NCBI RefSeq assembly: GCF_009914755.1
Contig: NC_060933.1
Strand: one strand, 5' to 3'
Length of the DNA stretch: 64,000 bases
From: the human T2T-CHM13v2.0 reference genome, Homo sapiens
The notes below the pieces were generated by a model. It was not told the origin of the DNA and made no database searches. It saw nothing but the letters and a program-made list of their open reading frames with translations. Below, one piece after another: positions 57,516 through 64,000 of this stretch. Every line of letters begins with the position of its first letter. The first letter of the stretch is position 1. A program made the translations under genes and the position numbers.

Positions 57516-58149
57516 GAAAAAGTTAACTCTCAATTCCATTTTCAAAAAAATACTCTATCAGGTAAGGATTATATGTACTAGAACAATTATTCTAGTTTTG
57601 TTCCTGATAGCAAAACAGTTACAAAAAAACCTGGAACTCTCATCAGTAAAGAAATGGTTAAGTTATTTGTGGTCTGTTTATTCTGTGAGATAACATGGAG
57701 ATTAAAATAAAGTGTAGGGCAGCATTAACTATCCATGTGTTAGCACTAGAGGCTACCAGTTATAGGGAACCACATGGCCACCAGAATGTGGATGGTTACA
57801 AGTTGAACACAATTTCCACCCGCAGAAAGTTGGTAATATCTTTGAGGAGTTCCTGCTTTTTTCTGGTCTTCCAGCATCAGGGTTTTCCATTCATAAGGTC
57901 ACCAATATCCTGATATCCTGGATTCGAATGCCTGCTTCTCAGATTTTACCTCATTTGCCTACAGTTCTCCACTAGATACTGAAAAAACCTCTAGAAGCTT
58001 TTACTCTCCTAAAGAGAAGATTCCAGTTCTAGAGATGGTAGAATAAATATATCCCACTTTGTTTCTACTGCTGAATGCAATGATAAGTTCTTAACAGAAT
58101 CAATGAAGCAACTGTATAAGGACTTTTCAAAGTAAATAGCAGAAATTAA

Positions 58150-61400
<3,251 letters not shown>

Positions 61401-61422
61401 GGCAACCCAGGCAGGAGGTAAG

Positions 61423-63257
61423 TGTGTCCGGAATTTGTGGGTTCTTGGTCTCACTGACTTCAAGAATGAAGCCGCGGACCCTCGCGGTGAGTGTTACAGC
61501 TCTTAAGGTGGCGCGTCTGGAGTCTGTCCCTTCTGATGTTCAGATGTGTTCGGAGTTTCTTCCTTCTGGTGGGTTCGTGGTCTCGCTGGCTCAGGAGTGA
61601 AGCTGTAGACGTTCGCGGTGAGTGTTACAGCTCTTAAGGTAGCGCATCTGGAGTTGTTCGTTCCTCCTGGTGGGCTAGTGGTCTCGCTGGGCTCAGGAGT
61701 GAAGCTGCAGACCTTCGCGGTGAGTGTTACAGCTCTTAAGGCGGTGCATCTGGACTTGTTCGTTTCTCCTGGTGGGCTCGTGGTCTCGCTTCAGGAGTGA
61801 AGCTGCAGACCTTAGCAGTGAGTGTTACAGCTCATAAAAGCAGCGTGGACCCAAAGAGTGAGCAGTAGCAAGATTTATTGCAAAGAGCGAAAGAACAAAG
61901 CTTTCACAGTGTGGAAGGGGACCAGAGTGGGTTGCCAATGCTGGCTCGGGCAGCCTGCTTTTATTCTCTTATCTGGCCCCACCCACATCCTGCTGATTGG
62001 TAGAGCCGAGTGGCCTGTTTTGTCAGGGCACTGATTGGTGTGTTTACAATCCCTGAGCTAGATACAAAGGTTCTCCATGTGCCCATCAGATTAGTTAGAT
62101 ACAGAGTTTCCACACACGGGTTCTCCAAGGCCCCACCAGAGCAGCTAGATACAGAGTGTCGATTGGTGCATTCACAAACCTTGAGCTAAACACAGGGTGC
62201 TGATTGGTGTGTTTACAAACCTTGAGCTAGATACAGAGTGCCGATTGGTGTATTTACAATCCTTGAGCTAGACATAAAGGTTCTCCACGGCCTCACCAGA
62301 GCAGCTAGATACAGAGTGTCGATTGGTGCACTCACAAACCTTGAGCTAAACACAGGGTCCTGATTGGTGTGTTTACAAACCTTGGGCTAGATACAGAGTG
62401 CCGATTGGTGTATTTACAATCCTTGAGCTAGACATAAAGGTTCTCCACGTCCTCACCAGAGCAGCTAGATACAGTGTCGATTGGTGCACTCACAAACCTT
62501 GAGCTAAACGCAGGGTGCTGATTGGTGTATTTACAATCCCTGAGCTAGATATGAAGACTCTCCACGTCCCCACCAGACTCAGGAGCCCAGCTGGCTTCAC
62601 CTAGTGGATCCCACACCGGGGCTGCAGGTGGAGCTGCCTGCCAGTCCCGCGCCGGGCGCTCGCATTCCTCAGCCCTTGGGTGGTTGATGGGACTGGGTGC
62701 TGTGGAGCAGGGGGTGGTGCTTGTCGGGGAGGCTCGGGCCGCACAGGAGCCCATGGAGTGGGTGGGAGGCTCAGGCATGGCGGGCTGCAGGTCCCGAGCC
62801 CTGCCCCGTGGGAAGGCAGCTAAGGCCTGGGGAGAAATCCAGCGCAGAGCCAGTGGGCCAGCACTGCTGGGAGACTCAGTACACCCTCCGCAGCCACTGG
62901 CCCGGGTGCTGAGTCCCCCGTCGCCCAGGTGCTAAGTCCCCCATTGCCCGGGGCTAGCAGGGCTGACTGGCTGCTCCGAGTGCGAGTGCGGGGCCCACCA
63001 AGTCCCCGCCCACCCAGAACTGCAGCTGGCCCGCAAGCGCTGCACACAGCCCCGGTTCCCGCTCGTGCCTCTCCCTCCACACCTCCCTGCAAGCTGAGGG
63101 AGTGGGCTCCAGCCTTGGCCAGCCCAGAAAGGGACTCCCACAGTGCAGTGGGGGGGCTGAAGGGCTCCTCAAATGCCACCAAAGTGGGAGCCCAGGCAGG
63201 GGAGGTGCCGAGAGCAAGCGAGGGCTCTGAGGACTGCCAGCATGCTGTCACCTCTCA
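61423..63257 (-). mobile_element. LTR12C (ERV9) full-length solo LTR, 1835 bp
   Basis: Minus strand starts TGAGAGGTGACAGC and ends TTCCGGACACA; perfect 4-bp TSD taag (61419-61422, 63258-63261); ~40-bp CCAAT/GATA tandem repeats 62020-62560; U5 repeats 61450-61830. Confidence 0.93.
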
Positions 63258-63261
63258 TAAG

Positions 63262-64000
63262 GACCTTAGAAGTCATCGCTCTGTTCTAAACAGATTAAAA
63301 GCTGAACAAATTGATAATCAACTCTTCTTAGATCCATCAGAAAATTGAGGTCACAGGGCAAAACACTGCCCCCAAAGTGAAGAAGACAGGTGGATACAGA
63401 GAAACACAATTTACCAGAGTGGAGACAGCTGAGGGGAAACTTCTGTGAGAACTATTACCTGGGATAGAAAATCTAGAAATGTAATTGACAAATTGCTAGA
63501 GGCTCAGTTTAGACATGTTTGAGGGTTAAAAACTCTTGGGGTTGGGGTCAGTCTTAAGGGAGCATGCCTATACTTTTTGAGTTGTACTGACAAGAGCCCT
63601 ACCGGGTTTTCACACAGACGATCAGAGAAAAAGCCCCTTGTGCTTCTGGCAAGCATACAGGAAAAGTAGCTATTTTGAAGTATGTCGAGCATTCTGTTCA
63701 TCTTAACAAGGTTTATGCTCAAGAGAAACTACCAGAACCTACCTGAGTGGAATTTTACCAGAGCCTAACTGACTTGGAGGAAGAGACATATCCATCGACG
63801 GCTCCCTCTAACCACCCTCTTCCCACTGAAAGGGGGCAGGAAACAGAAAAACACTTGTGAAATTGATAGTCCATGGTACAGACTCACTAAAAGACTGAGA
63901 GCTAATTACAAGATGGTGGAATGATTCCCCTCCCCTACATCTCACTGCCACATTACTAAAGGTCTATTTACTGCAGTGTTTCACCCAGTACATTATATTC
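63262..64000 (+). mobile_element. Old L1M 5' region
   Basis: gaggtcacagggcaaaacactgcccc and related L1M 5'UTR-like motifs. Confidence 0.5.

Noticed and set aside
61450-62560. Regular ~40-bp and ~80-bp repeat arrays (superficially CRISPR-like)
   Set aside because: Intrinsic LTR12C U3/U5 tandem repeats without unique spacers; eukaryotic DNA with no cas genes

Overview
Primate (almost certainly human) genomic DNA, very rich in Alu, L1 and LTR repeats. It holds one complete protein-coding gene on the minus strand: PRXL2C (AAED1/C9orf21), a peroxiredoxin-like AhpC/TSA-domain protein. Its six coding exons (17058-16867, 16550-16482, 13489-13436, 13272-13167, 7801-7670, 3661-3534) join through GT-AG introns into 681 nt, i.e. 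226 aa plus TGA, with a CYIC (CxxC) motif. The gene has a CpG-island promoter at about 16.3-17.3 kb and two candidate poly(A) signals (about 3050 and 1375). The remaining ~47 kb upstream is mostly nested transposable elements: an ERVL/MLT2 relic, two inverted MER9 (HML-3) solo LTRs, two LTR12 (ERV9) solo LTRs pointing toward PRXL2C, Tigger2, old and young L1s, and dozens of Alus. There is also a second CpG island at about 48.4-49.1 kb with no coding gene attached. Most ORFs in the supplied track are Alu/L1/LTR artefacts. I found no convincing new multi-gene system. The most notable sequence-level oddities are a 44-bp-arm fold-back hairpin inside Tigger2, an Alu-Alu recombination tandem duplication with a chimeric Alu, a tailless Alu with a perfect target-site duplication (TSD), a palindromic bidirectional poly(A) signal, and the orphan CpG-island and LTR12 promoters. 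Repeat subfamily names and many repeat boundaries come from recalled consensus sequences and are approximate.
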